Assembly (NCBI GenBank): GCA_036785375.1
Contig: JAWMAR010000478.1
Coordinates: forward strand, 124,001-188,000
Origin: Leucoraja ocellata
Taxonomy: Eukaryota
Direction: 5' to 3'
DNA: 64,000 nt
The position numbers were made by a program, and so were the translations under genes. The notes under the pieces were generated by a model, which saw nothing but the letters and a program-made list of their open reading frames with translations, did not search any database and was not told the DNA's origin. Positions 34,262 through 46,497 of this stretch are shown here, in pieces. Every line of letters starts with the position of its first letter. Position 1 is the first letter of the stretch.

Positions 34262-34880
34262 AGCATCTATCGATGTATTTGTATCAATCGATGGATGAAT
34301 TTTATCTTGAGTTGAATCAACCAATAGAATAATATTGTGCTTGAGAAACTTCATGACTAATTCTTTCTTGTATCATATTCTTCATAATTTTGATTAACAT
34401 GCTTATAGTAGTTTTACTCAGGTATGTAACAAGTCCACCACGGCCTTTACTTTGAGCCTTTCCTTGTTGCTCTAATCATTTGATTCTTTGTTTAGACTAG
34501 TTTTGCACTGCAGAAACGTGAGCTGCCATAATGGTGTCATATTTTGCCATCAACTGCACTGTAGCTAAAAAATTGCCTTGATTCAGAACCTCATTATCTA
34601 GAATGTAGGCCGATTCATTTCTGTGACCTCGAAAAGGAAGTGCTTGCTTGCCAAACATCTTCATGATGTCTATAATCCTCATGACAATACTTCTCTGCTT
34701 CAATACTTCTTCTTTCCTTTTAATTAGAGATGCTGCAAAAAAATTATCTTAGGTGCCATCATTAACCACATTGATAGATTGCGGAGCATTTCTGACATAT
34801 GTTGTTGTCGATTCATGTAAATGAGATCATTACTATGCATAACTAGTAATTTACGTTTGAATTCTCATGTAGTTGAACTT

Positions 34881-36559
34881 AGAAACATAAAATATAGGAG
34901 CAGGAGGAGGCCATTCGGCCCTTCGAGCCAGCACCGCCATTCATTGTTATCATGGCTGATCGTCCCCTATCAATATCACGTGCCTGCCTTCTCCCCATAT
35001 CCCTTGACTCCACAAGCCCCTGGAGCTCTATCTAACTCTCTCTTAAATCCATCCAGTGACTTGGCCTCCACTGCCCTCTGTAGCAGGGAATTCCATAAAT
35101 TCACACCTCTCTTGGAGAAAAAGCTTTTTCTCACCTCAGTCTTAAAAGGCCCACCCTTCATTCTAAGACTGTGGCCCCTGGTTCTGGACTCGCCCAACAT
35201 TGGGAACATTTTTCCTGCATCTAGCTTGTCCAGTCCTTTTATAATTGTATATGTTTCTATAAGATATCCCCTCATCCTTCTAAACTCCAGTGAATACAAG
35301 CCTAGTCTTTTCAATCTTTCCTCATATGATAGTCCAGCCATCCCAGGGATCAATCTCATGAACCTACGCTGCACTGCCTCAATCACAAGGATGTCCCTCC
35401 TCAAATTGGGAGACCATAACTGTATACAATACTCCAGATGTGGTCTCACCAGAGCCCTATACAACTGCAGAAGAACCTATACTGAAATCCTCTTGTTATG
35501 AAGGCCAACATTCCATTAGCTTTCTTCACTGCCTGCTGTACCTGCACGCCAACTTTCAGTGACCGGTTTACAAGGACACCCAGGTCTCGCTGTACCTCCC
35601 TCTTACTTAACCCCATTGAGATAATAATCTGCCCCCTTGTTTTTGCCGCCAAAGTGGATAACCTCACATTTATCTATATTATACTGCATCTGCCACGCAT
35701 CTGCCCACTCACTCAACATGTGCAGGTCACCCTGCAACCTCCTAACATCCTCTTCACTGTTCACACTGCCACCCAGCTTTGTGTCATCCGCAAACTTGCT
35801 AGTGTTGCTCCTAATTCCCTCTTCCAAATCTTTAATATATATGGTAAACAGTTGCGGCCCCAACACCGAGCCTTGCTGCACTCCACTCGCCACTGCCTGC
35901 CATTCTGAAAAGGACCCGTTCACTCCTACTCTTTGCTTGCGGTCTGCCAACTAATTTTCTATACATGTCAACACCCTACCCCCAATAGTATGTGCTCTAA
36001 TTTTAGTCACCAGTCTCCCGAGCGGGACCTTATCAAAGACTTTCTGAAAGTCTAGATACCCTACATCCGCTGGCACCCCTTCATCCATTTTACTTGTCAC
36101 ATCCTCAGAAAATTCCAGAAGATTAGTCAAGCATGATTTCCCTTTCATAAATCCATGTTGACTTGGACTAATCCTTTTACTGCTATCCAAATGCCCCATT
36201 ATTCCCTCTTTTTTAATAATTGACTCCAGCATCTTTCCCACCACCGACGTCAGGCTAACTGGTCTGTAATTCCCCGTTTTCCCACTCGCTCCTTTCTTGA
36301 AAAGTGGGATAACATTAGCTATCCTCCAATCCACAGGGACTGATCCTGAATCTATTGAACATTCGAAAAAGATCACCAATGCGTCCACTATTTCTAGAGC
36401 CACCTCCCTGAGGACCCTGGGATGCAGACCATCAGGCCCAGGGGATTTATCATCCTTCAGTCTCATTAGCCTACCCGAAACTATTCCTCGCCTAATGAAA
36501 ATTTCTTTCAGTTCCTCTACCCCCTTAGATCCTCTGTCCTCCAGTACTTCTGGGAGATG
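34881..36559 (-). mobile_element. CR1 LINE (RT to 3' end) inserted in the hAT, TSD GAACTT
   Basis: KSPGPDGLHPRVL, NYRPVSLTS, YLDFQKVFDKVP, KFADDTK; GAACTT at 34875-34880 and 36560-36565. Confidence 0.92.
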
Positions 36560-38694
36560 GAACTTGGATATTGTTTACCGAAACTTTTTTTACGAAACTC
36601 GAAAAAATCTATAAAAGGATGGTAATGGCCACGTCTAGCTGCCTGGTGAATGATGCAACTAGAAATTATATGCAACAATGATCTTTTATTGAAAACTTAA
36701 CATTTCCCTTCACTAGGTTAGCCTACATTATAATACATATACAAAAACTCAAAATTTCAAAATAATGTTCTTCAATAACCATATTGGCCTCAGAATCGGT
36801 GGCATTGCTTTTTACATTCTTCAAAAGCCTGATCATTTCTGGATAGGTATGTAACTCTAATTGATCAGCAATTTTCTCAATGACTGCAAACCCTTCTTTT
36901 GAATGTAATAACTCGCGCAACTTTCTCTTTTGGGGCTATTTCTATGCTCGGTTTTGATTAACTTCTGACTGCTTTAAAGACTTTCAATCAGTGCATTTAC
37001 AAATGGTAGGAAAACATACACCCAACAACTTTACGAAGATTTCCAATGTAGATACGTTTCATATGCCACATTAAACATATTATGAATATCGATGATTGCA
37101 AGAATAACTTGAAAGAACGCCAGATAAATCCCTACTTGATAAAAAATATAAAATAACTTACTTACACTTCAATAGGCTATGTTCATTAGTCAATACTACT
37201 GTGGCCTATGCAGCTTCAGAAGAGGAGACAATCCACTTATCCAGTGCTCACACCAGCAAGCAACTGAGACAACTGTTGAAACTTAGAAGTTTGGTCCGAT
37301 TATAGTAAGGCATTAATAATGGTCCCACGACCAAAGTGAAATGTCCAGTTTGATACCAGTGCAGTGTTACAAGTCGCAACCCTTTGAGTTTACCGTTCAT
37401 GGCTTATCACTTCAATATCTTTGACCTCATGATTCACGGTCAAATGTACCGCTTCTCCTTTTCGGTGACCTCACGACGCTATGTACGGCTTGATATCCTT
37501 TCAAGTTGCCGACCATCTCAAACCACGAACTGTAACTTTATCTTTAAATTCACACACAATTGCTGCAAACATCGAATTTCCTTAATTATGCCCGACCCGA
37601 GCCCCCCTATTCCACATCCTTCCACTACCTCTCCTGCTTTGTTCCTTTTCATGCACTGCTTATTTGTGTCCTGTTCTCTTTTTTTTCTTATTCCTTTTGA
37701 TTACTAAAACAGTTGTCTGTGTTTGTTTCTTTGTTGCATTTTTATTTGATATAGGGGCCCCCACTTCATCAGGGGCCCACTTGCCATCGGGCAAGCTGAC
37801 ACCCTGGCCAGTCCGCCACTGTTCGTGTGTATCGAATGGTGTTACTGTGCAGGGATCGCTGGTTGGCACGGACTTGAAGGGCCGACGGACCTGTTTCCGC
37901 GCTGTATCTCTAAACTAAACATAGAACTAGTTTGTGAACTGATGATCGATGGTCGGCGCGGACTCAATGGGCCGAGGGGCCTGTTTCCACGCTGTATCTA
38001 TAAACTTAACGCGATTTAAAATGTGTGGGGATTATTTTTTTACCCAGAGAGTGGTGGTGCCTAGGGGTGATGGTCGACCCAGCGGTGATAGTGGTGTTTT
38101 GGTGGCCTTGAGATAGGCACATGGACATGCAGAGAATTACAGATTATGGACAGGTAAAGGAGATTAATTGGGCATTATGTTCGGCATGGACATTTGAGGT
38201 CGAAGGGGTTGTTCCTGTGCTGTTCTCTGTTCTTGGTTCTGACCCTCTGCTAATTCATTATAAAACTTTGCATAGTTAGTTGAGCAAACTTGCCTTGCAC
38301 AATTCCAGACATTCTTGAATCAGTAACTCAGCGGGTCAGGCAGCATCTCTGGAGAGAAGGTATGTGTGATGTTTTGGGTGGAGACCCTTCTTCTATCCAG
38401 AGATGCTGCCTGTCCAAACCAGTATCTGCACTTCTTTCCTAAACAATTCTTGAATCAGTGCAGTCTTATTCAAATCAGCAACCTAACCATGGCACTGTGG
38501 AACAGGAAGCTGGCACACCCATTAGATTAAATACCTCCAATTTGACAGGGAGGGGTGTAGGGGCTGGGGAGAGGGTTGTAGAGACCAAAAATAGGGTCAC
38601 AGCCAAAATAGGTTTGCAGAGATAGTGAGGGACTCTTCCCACAGTACAGCACTCCCTCCAATAAGTCAAAGTCATGTCCCATCTGGGGTTAAAT

Positions 38695-41441
38695 GGGTTA
38701 GCTTCCTTGCAGTGTAGCTGCTTACAGTGTAGCTTCCTTGCAGTGCTGCTTGCAGTGTAGCTTGCTTGAAGTGTAGCTGCTGCTGCTGGAGCCGACAATG
38801 GCGGCCACGGTGTACTGCTCCTTGCTGTTTTGTATGTGTTTGTTCGCTTGTGTCGTCTGTGAAAACCCTACAAAGATTACTTTCATGAGAGATGTATTCA
38901 TAAACATCGGACATACGATACCTCCAAACACCGTTCCGGATTTCTCTCACTCACTGGATTATTTGGACATACTCGGCAGCGGGGCTGGGGCTGCGTTCAA
39001 GGTCTTGAGATGGAGGAGGACCCGTGGGAAGCGCTCTGGAGCACTCACCCGACTGGCGACGAGGATCACGCACACCACTCCCGAGCATATTCCTGGCAAA
39101 CGTACATTCTCTCAAGAACAAAGTGGACGAATTGCGACTCCAGCATCGGACAAACAAGGACTTCTCTCGAGCTTCTGCCCTGTGTTTCACCGAGACCTGG
39201 CTTTGTATCATCACACTGTATCATCATATGTCAGCTTTTGCAAGGAAAGTTGCATTCCAACTAAGACCCGGACATGGTTCAACAACAACAAGCCCTGGTT
39301 CACTGCAGATCTCAGACAGCTTCGACAGTCTAAAGAGGAGGCCTACAGGAGCGGGGATGCAGGCCTCTACAGGCAGGCCAAGTACAAGCTGAGAAGAGGA
39401 ATCAGAGCTGCCAAGGAAAGGTACTCTGAGAAGTTGAGGAGCAAGTTCTCAGCTTGTGACTCTTCTTCAGTTTGGAAGGGCTTGCAAGAAATTACTAGCT
39501 ATAAGAGGATAGTCCCCCGCTCTTTTCACAATCGTCAGCTGACCAACGACCTGAATGAGTTTTACTGCAGGTTTGAAAATCAGAAACGTAACCCTGGTAT
39601 CCCCTCCCCAACTAACACAGCCAGACCCCATTCTGCAAAGAATCGACCCTGCACCCACCCCTTCCCATTCACCACTTCACACCTACTGAAGGCAAGACTG
39701 CATTATGATAAGATTGGACCATTTCCCACCCCAACCAACACTTCACACCCATTCACAGCTTGACCTCAGCCTGCAAAGACTGGGCCCTTCTACGCCCACC
39801 CCCCCTCCAATCACCACTTCACACCCAATTACCCACACCCTCCTTGCTGAACAACATCACTTCATCAACAATAGAAATAGAGGAGGCAGAGTGGCTTTTC
39901 AGAAGACAAAAAAGCCGGAAATCTCCAGGACCTGACAATGTTTCCCCCTCTACTCTTAAGCTCTGTGCCAAACAACGATCTATACAGACATTTTTAACCA
40001 GTCCCTGCACACATGTACTGGCCCTGCCTGCTTCAATGTCTCCACTATTGTCCCTGTACCCAAAAAGGCAAGGATTACTTGTCTTAATGACTACAGGCCT
40101 GTCACACTGACCTCTGTAGTCACGAAGACACTTGAAAGGCTTGTGCTGGTTAATTTGAAAAATATCACCCCTGCTGGACCCTGTGCAGTTTGCATATTGG
40201 GCCAATAGATCTGTGGATGAAGCAGTCAACCTGGGCCTGTACTTCATCCTACAACTCCTAGACCGCCAGGGGACCTATGCGAGGATCTTATTTGTTTATT
40301 TTAGATCTGCATTCAACACCATTGTGCCAGTGCTATTACACTCCAAATTCTCCTTGTTGACTGTGCGTGAACCCCTCTGTCGGTGGATCACCAGCTTCCT
40401 GACAGACAGGAAGCAGCTTGTGAGGCTGGGGAAACACATCTAGGACCCGCAAACGCTCAGCATAGGAGCACCGCAAAGCGCTCTCCTCTCCTCTACTCTC
40501 TCTACACCAACGACAGCACCTCCACTGACTCCTCTGTCAAGCGTCTCAAGTTTGCATATGACACAACCCTGATTGGACTGATTCAGGATGGGGAGGAATC
40601 TGCCTGCAGACAGGAAGTGTCACAGCTGGCGTCCTGGTGCCATCGCAGCAACCTAGAGCTCAATGCTCTTAAGACAGTGGAATTGATTGTAGACTTTATG
40701 AGAGCTCCCCCTCCCCTCACCCCACTCACCATCAACAACATCACAGTAACATCTGTGGAGTCTTTTAAGTTCCTGGCAACCATCATCTCCAAGGACCTTA
40801 AAGGGGGCTACCATCGACCCCACAGTCAAAATGGCACAACAGAGAATGTACTTCCTACGGCAGCTGAGGAAGCACAATTTGCCACTGGCAATGATGGTCC
40901 AATTCTACACGGCCATCGTAGAGTCTGTTCTCACCTTCTCCGTCATGGTCTGGTTTGGCTCAGCCACCAAGCACGACACCTGGAGGCTGCAACGAATCGT
41001 CCGATCAGCTGAGAAGGTTATTGGCTGCAACCTTCCCTCCATTAATGAACTGTACACTGCAAGGGCCAGGAAGCGAGCGGGCAAGATCATCTCTGACCCC
41101 TCTCACCCTGGCCACATACTCTTTGAATCACTTCCCTCTGGAATGCGACTCCGGACTGTCAAAGCTGCCACAGCCAGACATAAAAACAGTTTTTATCCAC
41201 AAATAGTTGCTCTACTCAACAGCCAAAAATCTGTAGCCTCCATTTGATCTGGTATTTTGTTGGTTCACATGCTTGATCAATGGAGTTTTATCATTAATGT
41301 GTTATTATTATTAATGTTTAGTGTTTTCTGAGTCATTCGTAACTGTCACTGTATGTCATGTTGCTACTTGTGGGCAGAGCACCAAGGCAAATTCCTTGTA
41401 TATGGATACTTGACCAATAAACCTATTTACTTACTTACTTA
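38695..41441 (+). mobile_element. Rex1/Babar LINE with 5' end, internally deleted APE, RT and (TTAC)n tail
   Basis: LPSIFLANVHSLKNKVDEL..LCFTETWL (APE start), NNKPWFT, KSPGPDNV, FRSAFNTI, KFAYDTT, SDPSHPGH; frameshifted. Confidence 0.9.
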
Positions 41442-41530
41442 ACCGTTTGCTGATAAAATAATACTTCCTTATTTTACTTCTGTTTCCAGATGCTAATCTA
41501 CCCCTCTACACATTTGTGTTCTCCATACAG

Positions 41531-41606
41531 TGACGGCCGCTGAGGATGAGGACACTGGCTCCCTGAGTGTTTGTCAGTCGATACTCGACCAGCGGACAGA
41601 ACCCAG
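41531..41606 (+). other. Possible 5' UTR exon of the Siglec-like gene
   Basis: Non-repetitive island with acceptor TTCTCCATACAG and donor CAG|GTACGT upstream of the signal-peptide exon. Confidence 0.35.
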
Positions 41607-41709
41607 GTACGTAATTCCGTGTCTGTCGCTCGTACCCACGAACAACCACCAGTTCAGCTGAGTTGCGACTTTGTGCAGAGTCTGATCACTGAAATACTTT
41701 GCGTATTAA

Positions 41710-42680
41710 GGTAACTGCAGATGCTGGTTCACACCAAAGATAGACACAAAGCGCTGGAGTAACTCAGCGGGACAAGCAGCATCTCTGGAGAATTTAGTTT
41801 AGTTTATTGTCACGTGCACTGAGTTACAGGGAAACGCCTTTGTTCCAAGCTAACCGGTCAGTGGGAAGACAACACATGTTTACAATCAAAGATAGACACA
41901 AAATGCTGGAGTAACTCAGCGGGACAAGCAGCATCTCGTCTTGACCTGAAGTGTCACCAATTTCTTCTATCCAGAGTCTATAGATATGGAAGGGTAAGGT
42001 GTGAAAACCCATTCCTTCTCTCAGGAGATGCTGCCTATCCTGTTGAGTTAAGCCAGCATTTTGTGTCTAACCGGTTTAAACCAGCATCTGCAGTTCCATC
42101 CTACACATGATTACAATTGTTCCATTTACAGTGTACAGATAGGGGAATAGTGTTCAGTGCAAGGTAAAACCAGCAAAGTCTGATCAAGGATAGTCCGAGG
42201 GTCATCAAAAAGGTAGACAGTAGTTCAGCGCTGCTCTCTGGTTGTGGTTGGATGATTCAGTTGGGCAGAAACTGTCCCCGAATCTGAGAATCAGAGAGAA
42301 GGAATGGGTGATGTTTTGTGTCGAGACCGTCTTTCAGTCTGAAAGTCAGGTGAGGGGGAGGCACAGAGATAAGGAAGCGAAAGGTGTGAAAACAAGGCAA
42401 AGAGAATAAGGTTGGATGAAATGTAGCATAGATCATTGTTAGCTAGGAGAAGCTGACAACGAAGCAAATAGAGATAAGATTTAATCAAGGGGATGGTCAG
42501 ACTGGTTGTAGAATAGGAAAGAGGAGGGATGGAGACAGAGGGAAAGCAAGGCTACGAAGTTAGAGAATTCGATAATCGTACCGGTGTAAGTTGCCCAAGC
42601 GTAATATGAGGTGTTGTTCCCCAATTTGCGTTGGGCCTGACTCTAACAGTGAAGGAGGCCCAGGACAGAAAGGTATTTCT
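41710..42680. mobile_element. Cluster of Penelope-derived ends (including an inverted pair) and Rex1-type tail fragments
   Basis: AACTGCAGATGCTGG..GGAGTAACTCAGCGGG copies, their reverse complement at ~42010-42105, and a GIY-YIG C-terminal remnant at ~42560-42675. Confidence 0.7.
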
Positions 42681-42709
42681 GTGTCTCCCTCTCCCATGAC
42701 TCTCACTAT

Positions 42710-43697
42710 GTATTGTACTCAATATTGTGAGCAATTTGGGGCCCCATATCTGAGGAAGGATGTGCTGGCTCTGGAGAGGAGGTTTACATGAATGATCCCA
42801 GGAATGAGTGGGTTAACATATGATGAGTGTTTGATAGCACTGGGCCAGTACTCGCTGGAGTTTAGCAGAATGCGGGGGGGACATACAGAATAATGAAAGG
42901 CTTGGGTAGAGTGAACGTGGAGAGGATGTTTCCACTAGTGGGAGAGTCTAGGACTAGAGATTACAGCCTCAGAATTAAAGGATGTTCTTTTAGGAAGGAG
43001 ATGAGGAAGGACATCTTCAGTCAGAGAGTGGTGAATCTGTGGAATTCTTTCAACAGTAGACTGTAGAGGCTAAGTCAGTGGATTATTTAAGGCACAGATG
43101 GATAGATTCTTGATTTGTACTGGTGTCAGAGGTTATGGGGAGAAGGCAGGAGAATGGGGTTAGGAGATAAAGATAGGTCTGCAATGATTGAATGGTGGAG
43201 CAGACTTGATGGGCCGAATGGCTTAATTCTGCTCCTATCACTTATGACCTTATACAGTACGACCAGCCTGGGTTGCGTGCAAACACTGAATTCTGGTACA
43301 CATGGCAATTATACAATCAGACCAATAGATGGGCTGAAAAAAGGGCTGGCATGGACATGGTGGGCGAAAGGACCTGTTGCATAGAAACATAGAAACATAG
43401 AAATTAGGTGCAGGAGTAGGCCATTCGGCCCTTCGAGCCTGCACCGCCATTCAATATGATCATGGCTGATCATCCAACTCAGTATCCCGTACCTGCCCTC
43501 TCCATACCCCCTGATCCCCTTAGCCACAGGGGCCACATCTAACTCCCTCTTAAATATAGCCAATGAACTGGCCTTAACTACCCTCTGTGGCAGAGAGTTC
43601 CAGAGATTCACCACTCTCTGTGTGAAAAAAGTTCTTCTCATCTCGGTTTTAAAGGATTTCCCCCTTATCCTTAAGCTGTGACCCCTTGTCCTGGATC
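42710..43697. mobile_element. CR1 3' fragments (+ 42710-43250; - 43381-43697)
   Basis: YCEQFGAPYLRKDVLALE; FFTQRVVNLWNSLPQRVV; HER1 tail. Confidence 0.85.
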
Positions 43698-43747
43698 TTG
43701 GATGGAGGAGCTGTTCCCAAAGCAAGCTGCGATGCATCCTGTTACGA

Positions 43748-44145
43748 TCTATCTTCTGTCTACACTATTACTAAAACTCTCATCTTGACCACTTCCCCTC
43801 TGTGTTGTTTTTAAGTTTGCTCAAAAACGGTTCAGATGTCGCCCGTCCACAAGCTGCCGAGAATAAAGCTGAAGCAGCAGAGTGTGGGCTGTTGACCGCA
43901 CTCAAACACTCCCCCTCCCACACTCCCCTCCCATACACCACCCCTCCCCTACACCCCCCTCCCCTAAATCCCCCCCTCCCCTACACCCCCCCGCACAATC
44001 CTACAGCCCCCCTCCCCTACACCCCCCCTCCCCTACACCCCACTCCCCTAAACCGCCCCTCCTCTACACCCTCCCCCCCTACACCCCCCTCCCCTACACC
44101 CCCGCCCCCATAAACCCCCTCCCCACACACCCCTTCCCCCTTCAT
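43748..44145 (+). mobile_element. Non-autonomous Helitron-like 5' fragment with C-rich tract
   Basis: A|TCTATC..ACTATTACTAAAACTCTCATCTTGACCACTTCC start; same layout as the minus-strand copy ending at 61310. Confidence 0.55.
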
Positions 44146-44149
44146 TCCA

Positions 44150-45270
44150 ATGACATGCAGGTTTGTAGGCTAATTAGCTTGGCAACATTGTAAATTGTCC
44201 CTGGCGTGTGTAGGATAGTGTTAGTGTGCGGGAGATCGCTGGTCGGCACAGACTCGATGGGTCGAAGGGCCTGTTTCCACGTTGTATCTCTAGACTAAAC
44301 ACAGAACTAGTGTGTGAACGGGTGATCGTTGGTCGATGCGGGCACAGTGGGGTAAAGGTCCAGTTTCCGTGTTGTGTCTCAAAAAGTAAACATAGAACTA
44401 GTGTGTGAAGTGGTCGGCATGGTCTGTGGGCCGTGGGAGCCTGTTTCTGTGCTGTATCTCTAAACTAAACTAAGCTCTGAGCAATTTCTTGTGGTCTTGG
44501 GCAGAGCTGGTCCCAAACCAAAGTGTAATGCAACCTAACAGTGTTCTTTCATAGTTCATGTGGAGAAGTTGGTGTGAGTCACAGGAGAAATGCTGAACTT
44601 CCTTCATCTTTTGAGCAAGATGAGACATCAGTTGCTTTATTGACCACAGCTTCAATGTAGTTGGTGCAGCGTATGCTGTTGGTGATATTTACAGACATAT
44701 GATAGGAGCAGAATTAGGCCATTCAGCCCATCAAATCTACTCCGCCTTTTAATCATGGCTGATCCATCTCTCCCTACTAATCCCATTCTCCTGCCTTCTC
44801 CCTATAACCCGTGACACCCGGACAAATTCACAATCTATCTTTCTCTGCCTCAACAATATCCACTGGCTGGGCCGCCACAGCCTTCTGTGGCAAAGAATTC
44901 CACAGATTCACCACCCTCTCACTAAAGAAATTCCTCCTCATCTCCTTCCTAGAAGAACGTTGAATTCTGAGGCTATGACCCTCCCAGTAGTGGAAAAGTC
45001 CTTTCCACATCCATTCTTTCCAAGCCTTTCACTATTCGGTAGGTTTCAATGCGGTCCTCCCTCATTCTTCTAAACTCCAGCTAGTACAGACCCAGTGCTG
45101 ACAAACACTCTCATATGTAAACACACTCATTCCTGGGACCATTCCTGTAAACCTCCTCTGGACCCTCTCCAGAGCCAGCACATCCTTCATCAGATGCGGG
45201 GCTCAAAATTCCTCACAATATTCCAAATGTGGCCTCACCAGCGCCTCATAGAGCCTCAGCATTGCATCCG
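44150..45270. mobile_element. HE1 SINE 3' pieces, Rex1 fragment (-) and CR1 3' fragment (-)
   Basis: SINE tail repeats at 44150-44470; LLGCITLWFGTSSAQDHKKL; FFSERVVNLWNSLPQKAV. Confidence 0.75.
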
Positions 45271-45368
45271 TGTCTCTTAATGTATATTGGTCGCTGGAGT
45301 TTTACTGCAATAACTTTCTCTTCCAGACCGGGAGATCGGGTAACTGCCGGGATATCTGGGATCGGACA

Positions 45369-45408
45369 ATGATCGGGAAATCGTTCTTCCTCCTCTCCCT
45401 TCTCCAAG
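45369..45408 (+). CDS. Siglec/MAG-like gene, signal-peptide exon
   Basis: MIGKSFFLLSLLQ + phase-1 donor G|GTACC; exon acceptor at 45325-45326. Confidence 0.75.
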
Positions 45409-45439
45409 GTACCATCAGCAGCAACTCAGAAGTGTTTAC

Positions 45440-45995
45440 GGGGAGTGATGCACTGGGGGAGGGGCGGTGAGGTGGGAGTGATGCACTGGGGGAGGGGCGG
45501 TGAGGTGGGAGTGATGCACTGGGGGAGGGAGTGATGCACTGTGGGGGGGGGGGCGGTGAGGAGGGAGTGATGAACTGGGGGAGGGGCGGTGAGGAGGGTG
45601 TGATGCACTGGGGGAGGGGCGGTGAGGAGGGAGTGATGCACTGGGGAGGGGCAGTGAGGAGGGAGTGATGCACTGTGGGAGGGGCAGTGAGGAGGGAGTG
45701 ATGCACTGTGGGAGGGGCGGTGAGGAGGGAGTGATGCACTGTGGGAGGGGCAGTGAGGAGGGAGTGATGCATTGTGGGAGGGGCGGTGAGGAGGGAGTGA
45801 TGCATTGTGGGAGGGGCAGTGAGGAGGGAGTGATGCACTGGGGAGGGGCAGTGAGGAGGGAGTGATGCACTGGGGGAGGGGCGGTGAGGAGGGAGTGATG
45901 CACTGGGGGAGGGGCGGTGAGGAGGGAGTGATGCACTGGGGGAGGGGCGGTGAGGAGGGAGTGATGCACTGGGGGAGGGGTGGTGAGGAGGGAGA
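45440..45995. repeat. 33-bp G-rich intronic minisatellite, ~16-17 copies
   Basis: Unit GGGAGTGATGCACTGGGGGAGGGGCGGTGAGGA. Confidence 0.95.
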
Positions 45996-46128
45996 CTCTA
46001 CCACTACGTCACCATGCTGCTCTTCTACGCTCTGTTCACACCGGGTCCACAGCGCAGGATAAACGGTGTGGGAAGTCCAGTGAACTGACAGGGTGTTCAC
46101 TGCTAAAGATTGTTCCTTCTCTCCTCAG

Positions 46129-46497
46129 CCGTGATGTCGGGAGACTTGAGTGCGTGGTATCACCGACCTGTGACAGCGCAGAATGGTTTGTGTGCACGGA
46201 TTCCGTGTAACTACACGTACCCGTCGTATCTGAACAGTAAACCACGGACTGGAATCTGGTTTAACAGTGGGTCGCACACCAACAAAGGTCCTGCAGCCTT
46301 CCACTCTGGGGATCCCAGTCTAGCATCAACAAAATTTCAGCATCGGACCCGGCTGTCAGGAATCCTGATAGACAACGACTGTTCCCTGGTTATAGACAAC
46401 GTCACGCCGCAAGATGCAGGTTCTTATTTTTTCAGAGTTGATTTCGGAGCGGAAAATAAGTACAACTACCTCCCTGCAACACAGCTCAGTGTTACTG
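46129..46497 (+). CDS. Siglec-type V-set Ig domain exon
   Basis: VTAQNGLCARIPCNY..GIWF..RTRLSG..NDCSLVI..DAGSYFFRVD..KYNY: Siglec cysteine pattern and F-strand Arg; phase 1-1, 369 nt, donor GTAAGT. Confidence 0.9.

Larger units (their letters stand above)
29737..34289 (+). mobile_element. HERO/R2-group non-LTR retrotransposon (RT + restriction-like endonuclease), near full length, decayed
   Basis: N-terminal CRCGKVCKNSGGLKIHQTRMKC zinc finger; RT motifs QKGGL.GVPGCLEH, WLDLANAYGSIPH, GIITGCTIS; CP..SGKGTLEHILSCC knuckle; RHDQVL; RPDILL..DLTVPCE..K..KY RLE; IEVGCRGF. Confidence 0.9.
27799..37821 (-). mobile_element. hAT DNA transposon (Tip100/ZMYM1-like transposase), decayed, with nested insertions
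   Basis: Perfect 11-bp TIR CAGTGGCGGAC/GTCCGCCACTG. Transposase motifs LPFRGH..GNFL, VDSTQD, IIRYV, DGAA, SYAHVLNL, ETRW and a C-terminal ERTFSNLKI..TRLRNSL dimerisation domain. No TSD found. Confidence 0.9.

Noticed and set aside
38798-39763. 321-aa secreted host protein
   Set aside because: Chimeric frame of a Rex1 LINE (contains NNKPWFT and LNEFYCRFE) created by internal deletion and frameshift.
45302-46100. Pro/His-rich ORFs (also 43802-44193, 60232-61061, 30726-31609)
   Set aside because: Translations of minisatellite, low-complexity or GC-rich repeat DNA.
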